Source: Anthoceros angustus (lineage: Eukaryota > Plantae > Anthocerotophyta). Taken from it: a stretch of DNA of 64,000 nt. The position numbers and the translations under genes were made by a program. Below, one piece after another: positions 11,569-24,330 of this stretch. The notes under the pieces were generated by a model. The model was not told the DNA's origin, made no database searches, and worked only from the letters and a program-made list of their open reading frames with translations. Each line of letters starts with the position of its first letter. Position 1 is the stretch's first letter. The stretch spans positions 496,001-560,000 of the forward strand of contig MU008183.1 in assembly GCA_010909165.1 (NCBI GenBank), read 5' to 3'.

Positions 11569-12645
11569 AACCCGGACGTCCGGTGCTGGTCGGGCACATC
11601 TGGGGCATCACCAGCTCGGGTGCGGACACGATGAGACGCAAATGCGTCGGGCTCACCGCCATGACCTACAGACCGATTAGCCAACGGCGAAACATTTGCA
11701 GAATCTTTATTCCTTGGATGCTTTCTAAGCAGTGGATTGCTGGGTTGTTTCTCAGCGTATGCACTGGTGGGTTGTTTCCCAATATTTGCACTCGTAGTAA
11801 GCATACCATCTTCTCCATTGCTGGGCTGCATCCTTGCAGATGCCCTTGTTGGTTGCTTCTCAGCAGCTGGTAATTGCTTCGTGGCAGATGAACTGGTGGG
11901 TTGCTTCGCACCGGCAGATGCATTTCTACCGGTACGGTCCACATGAGTATCCCGCCGTGGATGCACCCGGCCTTGGCCTTCCTGGGTGGCGACCGGAAGT
12001 CGAGCATGCTTTAGCTCCACTAACGGTTTGCCTCACTCCTTCTAAACAAATTTGGTGTATAACCTTGTGGAACACAATGTACCCATCATTGGCTCTCAAC
12101 CCCTGCAGCAGTTCCTCACGGACACCCTCCGGCTGGCAAGACACAGTGTCAAAAGTCTTGATCGCAGCTGAGTAGACGCGAACGACATTGGGGTCGTTTG
12201 GCGTGTCGTCTTGATGCAGGAAAATTACGTACCCACGGTCATTCTTCTCAACGAATCGCGTGAATGTAATCGCTCCGGACATGAAGACTTTGAATCGGAC
12301 CGTGGTGCACCCATAATGTACACATACACCAATTGGCGGCGGGGTTCGCACGATCCAGTCTTGTCCGAGATGTCGAACGGAGAGTGCTCCATAAACAACT
12401 TTCTGAACATATCGATTTCCGCTTCCTTGTAAGGACTTTGAAACGATGCTCTGGTTGGAGTTGATGTGGTGGGGCGGGGTCACTACTGTCGTGTTCTGCA
12501 TGCTGGGGGTCTTCGGGTCTGGACTCGTAGCAGTTTCCATCTGGGCCTGCGAATCAACGGCCTTACGCCGTGCCCGTTTTTTGTCCGCCGCTGGCACTCC
12601 TTCTCCATCAGGAGCATTGTTCCGCTTCTTCTTTAGAGGGGCCAT
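11565..12645 (-). CDS. Element A orphan gene X (basic NLS-like N-terminus, KQPT-repeat C-terminus)
   Basis: Starts MAPLKKKRNN...KKRARRK. The core PYKEAEIDMFRKLFMEHSPFDISDKTW...AN..LWV aligns with gene X of element B. Confidence 0.55.
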
Positions 12646-15600
12646 CTGTACAAATTGAGCAAGCAGCTGTTCACTGCTCAAGGGTCTATGAGCACCTAAT
12701 CGGGAATGCAATGGTGAATCAAGAGCAAGAAACAACCTCTCCACTGCCGACCCGATGTCCGGCGACACCAACGGACGATGTACCACCCCGCCAACACACT
12801 CCTATGGTTCGCATGCGGACAACAATACTATGAGAATGTGCCTCTATACCCGCCAGATTTAATCCATTTTGGCGCCAAATTCAGTCTTCCGCGCAATAGG
12901 CAGCGCATGATGGCTCATGGCAACTAGATCGCGTGGTGGCATGTGCAGACTCGCATGAATCGCGCACATCGATTGCGTCACGGGGTGGGGCGCGCATTTT
13001 GCCAAGTTTAGCCGGGTCAGTGGCTCAACTGTCACAACAAGGAATACAGCATACTTCCACAAATATTCTGGGTTTTGCCATCGGCCAAAATCAGTTTCGC
13101 CATTTGCATAACATCTGACGTCTCGATTATGGCAATCATTTGTGGCATTTAACGGTCTTCAGCCGCCATGAGCTGTAGCCGCAAATCTCACATCCGTGTT
13201 TACTGACGTCGGTCATTGCGGTCCAGCATCCGAGATATTTAGTAGTCACATCTTAGAAACCGACGATTGCGTGTCTTCGACTCGAGCACATTCGACCATC
13301 ACCGCTGGCTTGTCTCGGTAGCACGCGATGGCTAACGACCTAAGCGCAGGAGGAGGAGTTCTTTGATTTGGTAAGCAGCGAATAGTTCCGGTGATGCGGA
13401 TCTCGGACATGTGTCCGAGTCCGAGATAGTGGACTTGGCGGTGGCCTCGACAGACTTCCATGTCGACGACCTCGCACCGTGTCGATTCCATCTTAGTAGA
13501 CATTGCTGCGGTGCACCGAGTAGACGCGAACGACATTGGGGTCGTCGTGTCGCGGTCGCCTTCGCAGTGCACAGGAAAATTACGTACCCCTGGTCATTCT
13601 TCTCAACGAACTGCGTGAACAGAACTGCTCCCAGACATGAAGACTTTGAACTGGACCGTGGTGCACCCATAATGTACACATACACCAATTGGCCAGCAGG
13701 ACGTTGCTGCATAGTCCAGGTCTTGTCCGAGATGTCGAACGGAGAGTGCTCCATAAACAACTTTCTGAACATATCGATTTCCGCTTCCTTGTAAGGACTT
13801 TGAAACGATGCTCTGGTTGGAGTTGATGTGGTGGGGCGGGGTCACCACCGCCGTGTTCTCGCATCGGGGTCTTGGTCGACTCGTAGCGCTTCCATCCGGG
13901 CTCGAATCAACGGCCTTACGCCGCCTGCTTTTTGTCCGGCACTCCTTCTCCATCGTGAGCATTGTTCCGCTTCTTCTTTAGAGGGCCATCTGTACAAATT
14001 GAGCAAGCATGGTCAGCTCAAGGGTCTATGAGCACCTAATCGGAATGCAATGGTGAATCAAGAGCAAGAAACAACCTCTCCACCGACCCCGATGTCCGGC
14101 AATGACACCAACTTCGTGACGATGTACCACCCGCCAACACACTCCTATGGTTCTCGCATGCGGACAACAATACTATGAGAATGTGCCTCTATACCCGCCA
14201 GATTTAATCCATTTTGGCGCCAAATTCAGTCTTCCGCGCAATAATCGCATGATGGCTCATGGCAACTAGATCGCGATCGGCATGTGCAGACTCGCATGAA
14301 TCGCGATACGGCCGAATTGCAAGGTGGTGGGGCGCATTTTGCCAAGTTTAGCCGGTCGTGGCTCAACTGTCACAACAAGGAATACAAGATACTTCCACAA
14401 ATATTCGGTTTTGCCACAAAATCGCCACATTTGCATAACATCCGACGCCTCGATCATGGCAATCATTTGTGGCATTTAACGCCTTCATTATGAGCCGCAA
14501 ATCTCACGTCCGTGTTTACCGACGTCGGTCATTGCGGCCCAGCATCCGAGATATTTAGTCACATCTTAGAAAACCTGACCAGTTGCGTGTCTTCGACTCT
14601 GAGCACATTGCGACCATCACTGTTGGCTTGTCTCTGGTAGCACGCGATGGCTAACGACCTAAGCGCAGAGGAGGAGTTCTTTGATTTGGTAAACGACAGA
14701 ATAGTTCCAGCTGATGCAGATCTCGGACATGTGTCTGAGTCCGAGATAGTGGACTTGGCGGCGGTGGCCTCGGCACAGGACTTCCATGTCGACGACCTCG
14801 GCACTGTGTCAGATTCCATCTTAGTAGACATTGCCGCACGCATCACCGAGTTGAACCCGGACGTCCGGTGATGGCTTGCCCGTGTTACGGAGGCGAACGA
14901 GAGTGCTCCATAAACAACTTTCGAACATATCGATTTCCGCTTCCTTGTAAGGACTTTGAAACGATGCTCGTTGGAGTTGATGTGGTGGGGCGGGGTCACC
15001 ACCGCCGTGTTCTCGCATGCCGGGGTCTTGGTCGACTCGTAGCGCTTCCATCCGGGCTCGCGAATCAACGCCTTACGCCGCCTGCTTTTTGTCCGGCACT
15101 CCTTCTCCATCGTGAGCATTGTTCCGCTTCTTCTTTAGAGGGCCATCTGTACAAATTGAGCAATGTCACCGTCATCTATGAGCACCTAATCGGAATGCAA
15201 TGGTGAATCAAGAGCAAGAAACAACCTCTCCACTGTCAATTCGATGTCCGGCAATGACACCAACTTCGTGACGATGTACCACCCCGCCACACACTCCTAT
15301 GGTTCTCGCATGCGACAACAATACTATGAGAATGTGCCTCTATACCCGCCAGATTTAATCCATTTTGGCGCCAAATTCAGTCTTCCCAAGAATATTTAAT
15401 CGCATGATGGCTCATGGCAACTAGATCGCGATCGCATGTGCAGACTCGCATGAATCGCGATACGTCGAAATTGCAAGGTGGTGGGGCGCGCATTTTGCCA
15501 AGTTTAGCCGGTCGGCTCAACTGTCACAACAAGGAATACAAGATACTTCCACAAATATTCTGGTTTTGCCAAAATCGCCACATTTGCATAACATCTGACG

Positions 15601-17040
15601 TCTCGATTATGGCAATCATTTGTGGCATTTAACGGTCTTCAGCCGCCATGAGCTGTAGCCGCAAATCTCACATCCGTGTTTACTGACGTCGGTCATTGCG
15701 GTCCAGCATCCGAGATATTTAGTAGTCACATCTTAGAAACCCTGACCAGTTGCGTGTCGTCGACTCTGAGCACATTGCGACCATCACTGTTGGCTTGTCT
15801 CTGGTAGCACGCGATGGCTAACGACCTAAGCGCAGAGGAGGAGTTCTTTGATTTGGTAAGCAGCGAATAGTTCCGGTGATGCGGATCTCGGACATGTGTC
15901 CGAGTCCGAGATGTCGAACGAGAGTGCTCCATAAACAACTTTCTCAACATATCGATTTCCGCTTCCTTGTAAGGACTTTGAAACGATGCTCGGTTGGAGT
16001 TGATGTGGTGGGGCGGGGTCACCACCGCCGTGGTTCGCATGCCGGGGTCTTCGACTCGAGCGCTTCCATCCGGGCTCATAATCAACGCCTTACGCCGCCT
16101 GCTTTTTGTCCGGCACTCCTTCTCCATCGAGCATTGTTCCGCTTCTTCTTTAGAGGGCCATCTGTATAAATTGAGCAAGCACGCTCAAGGGTCTATGAGC
16201 ACCTAATCGGGAATGCAATGGTGAATCAAGAGCAAGAAACAACCTCTCCACCTGTCGACCCCGATGTCCTGCAGCGACACCAACTTCAGGACGATGTACC
16301 ACCCCGCCAGTCACACACCTATGGTTCTGCATGCGCACAACAATACTATGAGAATGTGCCCTCTATACCCGCCAGGATGAATCCATTTTTGGCGCCAAAT
16401 TCAGTCTTCCCGCGCACTAGACGACTGCATGATGGCTCATGGCAACTAGATCGTGACCGGCATGTGCAGACTCGCATGAATCGCGATACGGCCGAATTGC
16501 AAGGTGGTGGGCGCGCATTTTGCCAAGTTTAGCCAGGTCAGTGGCTCAACTGTCACAACAAGGAATACAAGATACTTCCACAATATTCGGTTTTGCCAAA
16601 ATCGCCGCCATTTGCATAACATCGACGCCTCGATCATGGCAATCATTTGTGGCATTTAACGGTCTTCACCGCCATGAGTCAGAAGCCGCAAATCTCACAT
16701 CCGTGTTTATCGACGGTCATTGCGGTCCAAAGATCCGAGATATTTAGAAGTCACATCTTAGAAACCCCGACCGCTATGTCGTCGACTCGAGCACATTCGA
16801 CCATCACCGCTGGCTTGTCTCGTAGCACGCGATGGCTAACGACCCAAGCGCAGAGGAGGAGTTCTTTGATTTGGTAAACGATGTAATAGTTCCAATGATG
16901 CGGATCTCGGACATGTGTTTGAGTCCGAGATAGTGGACTTGGCGGCGGTGGCCTCGGCACAGGACTTCCATGTCGACGACCTCGGCACTGTGTCAGATTC
17001 CATCTTAGTAGACATTGCTGCAGCTGCACCAGCCGAGTTG
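12200..17040. repeat. About four imperfect tandem copies (~1.1-1.3 kb) of gene X 5' end + divergent promoter + transposase 5' end
   Basis: gagggccatctgtacaaattgagcaagc recurs at ~12637, 13981, 15137 and 16153. atggctaacgacc recurs at ~13328, 14647, 15815 and 16832. Confidence 0.85.
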
Positions 17041-20000
17041 AACCCCGGACGTCCGGTGATGGCTTGCCCGTGTTACCGGGAGCAGAACCAGAGCACGACA
17101 TGGCCTTAGATGAAACGGACCTGCAGGGTGATACATCGGACGTGGCCGCAAGCGATGGAGATTTGCTCTTGTTTGATCCTGGATGGACACCAGAACGGGC
17201 CAGGCGGGATCAAGAAGAAATCGCGGCCCATGTGGACCGGGTGGCCCGCGCCCGGCGCCGTCATCTGGAGAGGCCTCGATATCCACATCCTGACGACGCA
17301 ATCTGGGCCCGCCTCGGCCTGCCCCGCATGTACCCGGGTTTGTTCAAGTCACCAGGAGCGAAGAAATTGGCCAGGATGTTCTGTTCGATCCAAGTCCGCG
17401 GTCGAAGCGGATTTCTCCGGGGCGCCCAGCTGGAGACAAGGTGGCGCCAACAACAAACCCATTTTGTGCGTCGCAGGAGTACTATCAACCATGCGTCACA
17501 CCAGGAACCACTCATGAGAACAGCACGGATTCTGAATCAGAGAGTATTGCTGAGTCTCCGGATTGTGGTGAGATTGTGCATGAGATCGTGGATTTTGGAT
17601 TGCAATATGCACTGGTGGGTCATGAAGGCACTAGTAGAGGAAGGACACAGAGATCACATCTGGTACGCGACCCAATTGCACTGTTCGGAGATGTGAAATC
17701 ACCTGACCACAGGTTACATTTGCGAAATGCTGCCTCCTGCTAATCCTAAGTCTAAAGGGCTGGAGTTGCATTCCGTGGCAGGGCAGGTGTGTTCCACCAA
17801 GAACCGCGCAGCAAGAGTTAAGCTGGATCACGTTCTGACGAAGCACTGTAATCGGACGAAGCTATGTGCAGACCTGAGAAGGCAGTGCTGCGGGAAAAAG
17901 TGCTTAGGCCGGCTGGGAAGTGGCAAACTCAAGTCGATCCGTGTGTCCTTTTTTTCCATGACGCAAGGGGAGCAGGAACAGCATTTACAAGACCTTATTG
18001 ATATGGTGGAGGACGAGGAAACGGGTGTGGTGACCGGATGGGTGAACAAGGTACCACATGGGAAGGTTCCGATATGTGTCGGCATTCACGGTGTTGCATT
18101 GGAGCAACTGTGATCGAATGCTCAAACCCGAGTACAAAAGGGAACCAGGTTTGCTGCTGAGGCAAGGCTTGGAAGAATCCCAACTTCATATGGTCTACAA
18201 GCTATGATGTGGATGGATACATTTTTCAAAGGAAATGTGGAGAGACTACCCAACAGAGAAGTATTCAATCTGACTGATACATTCACAAAGGAGGAGATTT
18301 TCATAGAGTATGCGAGAAGCTAGAACAATTACCACACATGTATGTTACTATTTCATGGCGATCGCCACTTTCGGTCGGTGAAGAATCCACGATGCAACCG
18401 TTTTTCAATATGTGCTGACTGTGAGGGGAGCAAGGTGAAGGCCGTGCATCCATCTTAGATATGTGGTTAAACAACGAGATGTCCGGTGATTGGCAGCTGT
18501 CCTTTATGGGCAACCCAAAAGCCCGTTTTAGGGTTTTGTACAAATATTTGCTCTTCCTGCAGTCCCAAGGAACGTTTGCCTTCGACCCCGGACTTGTACT
18601 CATGGTGCGCCTCGTCTTGTATGTGCAGACAGACACCGAGAGCTCCTTAATTACCACCGCGATCAACAACAGAAGGAGCGGGCGAAGATGGCGAAGCATC
18701 GCGGCAAGTGTATGGCTCAACCGACCAAGTACATTGGAATGGCGATAGATGGTATGGATCAAAAACCGAGTTGCCTCATTTCCGTAGAGTGCCCAAGGAT
18801 GTCGAATCGCCCTTGTCTCTTCATGTGCTTGGGGTTTTGGTGTTTAGCAAATACATGCGGACTTCTGTGTACCTAAGCTTCCCCAATATTTGGAATGATC
18901 CCAACGGGACAATAGCTGTGGTCCAGCATGTTATTAACAATTGGGAAGGCCACTTGCCTAAAATTCTATACCTCCAGATGGACAATACTGCGGCCCAGAA
19001 TAAGAATCAAGAGGTGTTGGCGTAGTGCGATGTTAGTGTCCAAGGGTATTTTCAAGAAGGTTAAAGTGGGCTTTTTAATTGTTGGCCATACCCATGATCA
19101 GATTGATCAAATGTTCTCCCGTTTTTCTGTTGTGCTGAATCTAAAGGAGGCCTACACCTTGCCAGAGCTGATCGCTTGCCTGCAGAGAGCGTATACTCCA
19201 TCACCGAATGTCTTCCTCATGAAGGAAGTGCCAGACTTCAAGAAATATCTGTGGCCACCTGGTGGTCCCTCAGCAACATTCAGACTGCACAATCACAGCT
19301 TTCAACATCAGTTTAAGATAACTCGAGAAGAGTTGCCTAGTCACGAGTATGTTACAGTGTTGAGGTGCAAGCAATTTTCCACAGCTGGACCCCAGATGGT
19401 GGTGTGCATGCTATGGATGGAGTACCAGAGGGAGATTGTGGCGTGAGCTGGTGCCATTGCATGTGAGGCGAAAGGCAAAGGGCAAAAGGAACATGCGGAT
19501 GCCTCGCATGTCAGCGGGAGTGGAGGACAATAGGCAGCGTTTAAAAACGTCGACAGATGTTTTTAATGATCAACAACTCTGTTGGTGGGAAGCTTTCTGG
19601 GAGGAGCAACTAGCAATAGCGGGTGTGGTAGCCTCTGGTGCTCTCCCTCCACTGGAAACTGCATGGACATGGTATAATAGAGGAGAGCAGCACCCACAGC
19701 CCGAACCAAGATCCAGATGAAGTGGTAGTAGATGCTGCATTAGCAAGACGCATATTCGGACAAGAGCGAGAGATTTACAGTGCACAGGACTCGCTAGACG
19801 ACAACGTCTGGAACAACAGCACACAGGGTCTATTGCAGAGATTGAAGCAGGCATGATGCTTGCGGTACAGGCAGCGGATGACCCGGAGGGCCGTCCTTTC
19901 TGGCTGGGTAAGGTTGTGGCGGTTGACCATGATGGTGTTGAACCGATAGCACAAGTGCATTGGTGGCGGACTGAAAACCAAAATGCACTGGACGGAAGGT

Positions 20001-20150
20001 ACTCGGAAGAGTGGGTGCCATGCACTAGCGGCCGGAGGAAAGGAGGCGGCGGAACCCTTTGAAGAGGCATGTGCAACCCATCAATCTAATGGAGACAACA
20101 ATTATGGGTTATGATTTTGAGCTAACGAGCAGGACTTTGAGCAAAGACAC
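16832..20150 (+). CDS. Element A transposase (DDD/E, DUF7869/Sola-like), copy 1, frameshifted, with an intron at ~18435-18628
   Basis: MANDLSAEEEFF start, CCGKKCL motif, CxxC. YIGMAIDGMDQK, LYLQMDNTAAQNKN and VGFLIVGHTHDQIDQMFS supply the putative catalytic Asp residues. C-terminal RPFWLGKV...VHWW. Confidence 0.8.
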
Positions 20151-20154
20151 AAGG

Positions 20155-22300
20155 AAATGTGGAGAGACTACCCAATGTAGAAGTATTCAATCACTGATAC
20201 ATTCACAAAGGAGGAGATTTTCATAGAGTATGCATAAAGCTAGAACAATTACCACACATGTATGTTACTATTTCGCAAGTGGATACGCCACTTCGGTCGG
20301 TGAAGATTCCACGATGCAACTGCTTTTCAATATGTGTGAGAAACCAAGCGAAAATAAAAATGCGGGAACGGGAGCAAGGTGAAGGCCGTGCATCCATCTT
20401 AGATATGTGGTTAAACAACGGATGTCCGGTGATTGGCAGTCCTTTATGGGCAACCCAAAGCCCGTTTTAGGGTTTTGTACAAATATTTGCTCTTCCTGCG
20501 GTCCCAAGGAACGTTTGCCTTGACCCGGACTTGTACTCATGGTGCGCCTGCCTTGTATGTGCAGACCGAGAGCTCCTTAATTACCACCGCGATCAACAAC
20601 AAGGAGCGAAGATGGCGAAGCATCGCAAGTGTATGGCTCAACCGACCAAGTACATTGGAATGGCGATAGATGGTATGGATCAAAAACCGAGTTGCCTCAT
20701 TTCCGTAGAGTGCCCAAGGATGTCGATAATGCAGCCCTTGTCTCTTCATGTGCTTGGGGTTTTGGTGTTTAGCAAATACATGCGGACTTGTACCTAAGCT
20801 TCCCCAATATTCTAATGATCCCAACGGGACAATAGTGTGGTCCAGCATGTTATTAACAATTGGGAAGGCCACTTGCCTAAAATTCTATACCTCCGGATGG
20901 ACAATCTGCCCGTAATAAGAATCAAGAGGTGTTGACAGCGATGTTAGTGTCCAAGGGTATTTTCAAGAAGGTTAAAGTGGGCTTTTAATTGTTGGCCATA
21001 CCCATGATCGATTGATCAAATGTTCTCCGCTTTTCACAGTCAATCTAAAGGAGGCCTACACCTTGCGAGCCGATCGCTTGCCCGCAGAGAGCGTATACTC
21101 CATCACCGAATGTCTTCCTCATGAAGGAAGTGCCGACTTCAAGAAATATCTGGCCACCGGTGGTCCTCATATTCGCACAATCACTTTCAACATCGCTTTA
21201 AGATAACTCGAGAAGAGTTGCCTAGTCACGAGTATGTTACAGTGTTGAGGTGCAAGCAATTTTCCACAGCCGCACACTGGACCCCGGATGGTGGTGTGCA
21301 CTGCTATGGATGGAGTACCGAGAGGGAGATTGTGGCGTGAGCTGGTGCCATTGCATGTGAGGCGAAAGGCAAAGGGCAAAAGGAACATGCGATCCGCCTG
21401 CATGTCAGCGGGAGTGGAGGACAATAGGCAGCGTTTAAAAACGCCGATGATGTTTTAATGATCAACAACTCGTTGGTGGGAAGCTCGGGAGGAGCAACTA
21501 GCAATAGCGGGTGTGGTAGCCTGCGGTGCTCTCCCTCCACTGGAAACTGCATGGACATGGTATAATAGAGGAGAGCAGCACCCACAGCCCGAACCAGAAG
21601 ATCCAGATGAAGTGGTAGTAGATGCTGCATTAGCAAGACGCATATTCGGACAAGAGCGAGAGATTTACACAGGTGCACACAGGACTACTGCTAGACGACA
21701 ACGTCTGGAACAACAGCACAGAGGGTCTATTGCAGAGATTGAAGCAGGCATGATGCTTGCGGTACAGGCAGCGGATGACCCGGAGGGCCGTCCTTTCTGG
21801 CTGGGTAAGGTTGTGGCGGTTGACCATGATGGTGTTGAACCGATAGCACAAGTGCATTGGTGGCGGACTGAAAACCAAAATGCACTGGACGGAAGGTACT
21901 CGGAAGAGTGGGTGCCATGCACCCCAACAGCAAGCCGGAGGAAAGGGAGATGGCGGAACCCTTTGAAGAGGCATGTGCAACCCATCAATCTAATGGAGAC
22001 AACAATTGTGGTTTATGATTTTGAGCTAACGAGGAACAGGACTTTGAGCAAAGACACAGTGGAAATGTTGAAGAGAAAGATCTTTGAGCTCGAGGAGCCA
22101 AGTGAGGAACACGCTTTGCTTCCTCCGATTGATCTGCAGAAGTGGTGACGAACGGATTGATTCCGATGATCTCGACAATGTTGAATCTTCGATGCATCCG
22201 TTGATTATTTGGTGGACTTGCTTGAAGGTGTGGACTCGTGAGGAGCCGGATCGCAACCCACCGATTCTAAATTTTGAGGTTGGCCAGATAGAATCATGAA
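20155..22300 (+). repeat. Second copy of the element A transposase core and C-terminus (ORF end 22148)
   Basis: Near-identical to 18220-20150 with scattered 1-nt indels. ORF 21513-22148 gives the intact C-terminus. Confidence 0.85.
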
Positions 22301-22369
22301 GTCTCGAGACTTAGCAAGGATGTAACCAAAGGTTTTTGTCCGGTTGAAGGTGCACCGGACGTGCGGGTT

Positions 22370-24330
22370 TTTGTCCGGTTGATCTTTGGACGGATGTCCG
22401 GTGATTGGCAGTCCTTTATGGGCAACCCAAAGCCCGTTTTAGGGTTTTGTACAAATATTTGCTCTTCCTGCATCCCAAGGAACGCTTTGACCCGGACTTG
22501 TACTCATGGTGCGCCTGCCTTGTATGTGCGCATGACACCGAGAGCTCCTTAATTACCACCGCGATCAACAATGAAGGAGCGAAGATGGCAAGCATCGCGG
22601 CAAGTGTATGGCTCAACCGACCAAGTACATTGGAATGGCGATAGATGGTATGGATCAAAAACCGAGTTGCCTCATTTCCGTAGAGTGCCCAAGGATGTCG
22701 ATAATGCAGCCCTTGTCTCTGTTCATGTGCTTGGGGTTTTGGTGTTTAGCAAATACATGCGGACTTCTGTGTACCTAAGCTTCCCCAATATTTGGAATGA
22801 TCCCAACGGGACAATAGCTGTGGTCCAGCATGTTATTAACAATTGGGAAGGCCACTTGCCTAAAATTCTATACCTCCAGATGGACAATACTGCGGCCCAG
22901 AATAAGAATCAAGAGGTGTTGGCGACAGCGATGTTAGTGTCCAAGGGTATTTTCAAGAAGGTTAAAGTGGGCTTTTAATTGTTGGCCATACCCATGATCG
23001 ATTGATCAAATGTTCTCCGTTTTCATTGTCTGAATCTAAAGGAGGCCTACACCTTGCGAGCTGATCGCTTGCCCGCAGAGCGTATACTCCATCACCGAAT
23101 GTCTTCCTCGTGAAGGAAGTGCCAGACTTCAAGAAATATCTGGCCACCGGTGGTCCCTCAACATTCAGCACAATCACTTTCAACATCGTTTAAGATAACT
23201 CGAGAAGAGTTGCCTAGTCACGAGTATGTTACGTGTTGAGGTGCAAGCAATTTTCCACACCTGGACCCCGGATGGTGGTGTGCACTGCGGGATGGAGTAC
23301 CAGAGGGAGATTGTGGCGTGAGCTGGTGCCATTGCATGTGAGGCGAAAGGCAAAGGGCAAAAGGAACATGCGACCGCCTCGTTGTCGCGGAGTGGAGGAC
23401 AATAGGCAGCGTTTAAAAACGCCGATGATGTTTTAATGATCAACAACTCTGGTGGGAAGCTCGGGAGGAGCAACTAGCAATAGCGGGTGTGGTAGCCTCG
23501 GTGCTCTCCCTCCACCGGAAACCGCATGGACATGGTATAATAGAGGAGAGCAGCACCCAGCCCGAACCAAGATCCGGATGAAGTGGTAGTAGATGCATTA
23601 GCAAGGCGCATATTCGGACAAGAGCGAGAGATTTACAGTGCACAGGACTCGCTAGACGACAACGTCGGAACAACAAGACAGGGTCTATTGCGAGATTGAA
23701 GCGGGCATGATGCTTGCGAGGTTGCAGTGCAGCGGATGACCGGAGGCCGTCCTTTGGCTGGGTAAGGTTGTGGCGGTTGACCATGATGGTGTTGAACTGA
23801 TAGCACAAGTGCATTGGTGGCGGTGAAAACCAAAATGCACCGGACGGAAGGTACTCGGAAGAGTGGGTGCCATGCACTAGCGGCCGGAGGAAAGGAGGCG
23901 GCGGAACCCTTTGAAGAGGCATGTGCAACCCATCAATCTAATGGAGACAACAATTATGGGTTATGATTTTGAGCTAACGAGCAGGACTTTGAGCAAAGAC
24001 ACAATGGAAATGTTGAAGAGAAAGATCTTTGAGCTCGAGGAGCCAAGTGAGGAACACGCTTTGCTTCCTCCGATTGATCTGCAGAAGTGGTGACGAACGG
24101 ATTGATTCCGATGATCTCGACAATGTTGAATCTTTTGATGCATCCGTTGATTATTTGGTGGACTTGCTTGAAGGTGTGGACTCGGTGAGGAGCCGGATCG
24201 CAACCCACCGATTCTAAATTTTGAGGTTGGCCAGATAGAATCATGAAGTCTCGAGACTTAGCAAGGATGTAACCAAAGGTTTTTGTCCGGGGTTGAAGGT
24301 GCACTGGACGTGCGGGTTTTTGTCTGGTTG
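22370..24330 (+). repeat. Third copy of the element A transposase core and C-terminus
   Basis: The DGMDQK, MDNTAAQNKN, GHTHD and ...PPIDLQKW segments are repeated again. Confidence 0.85.
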
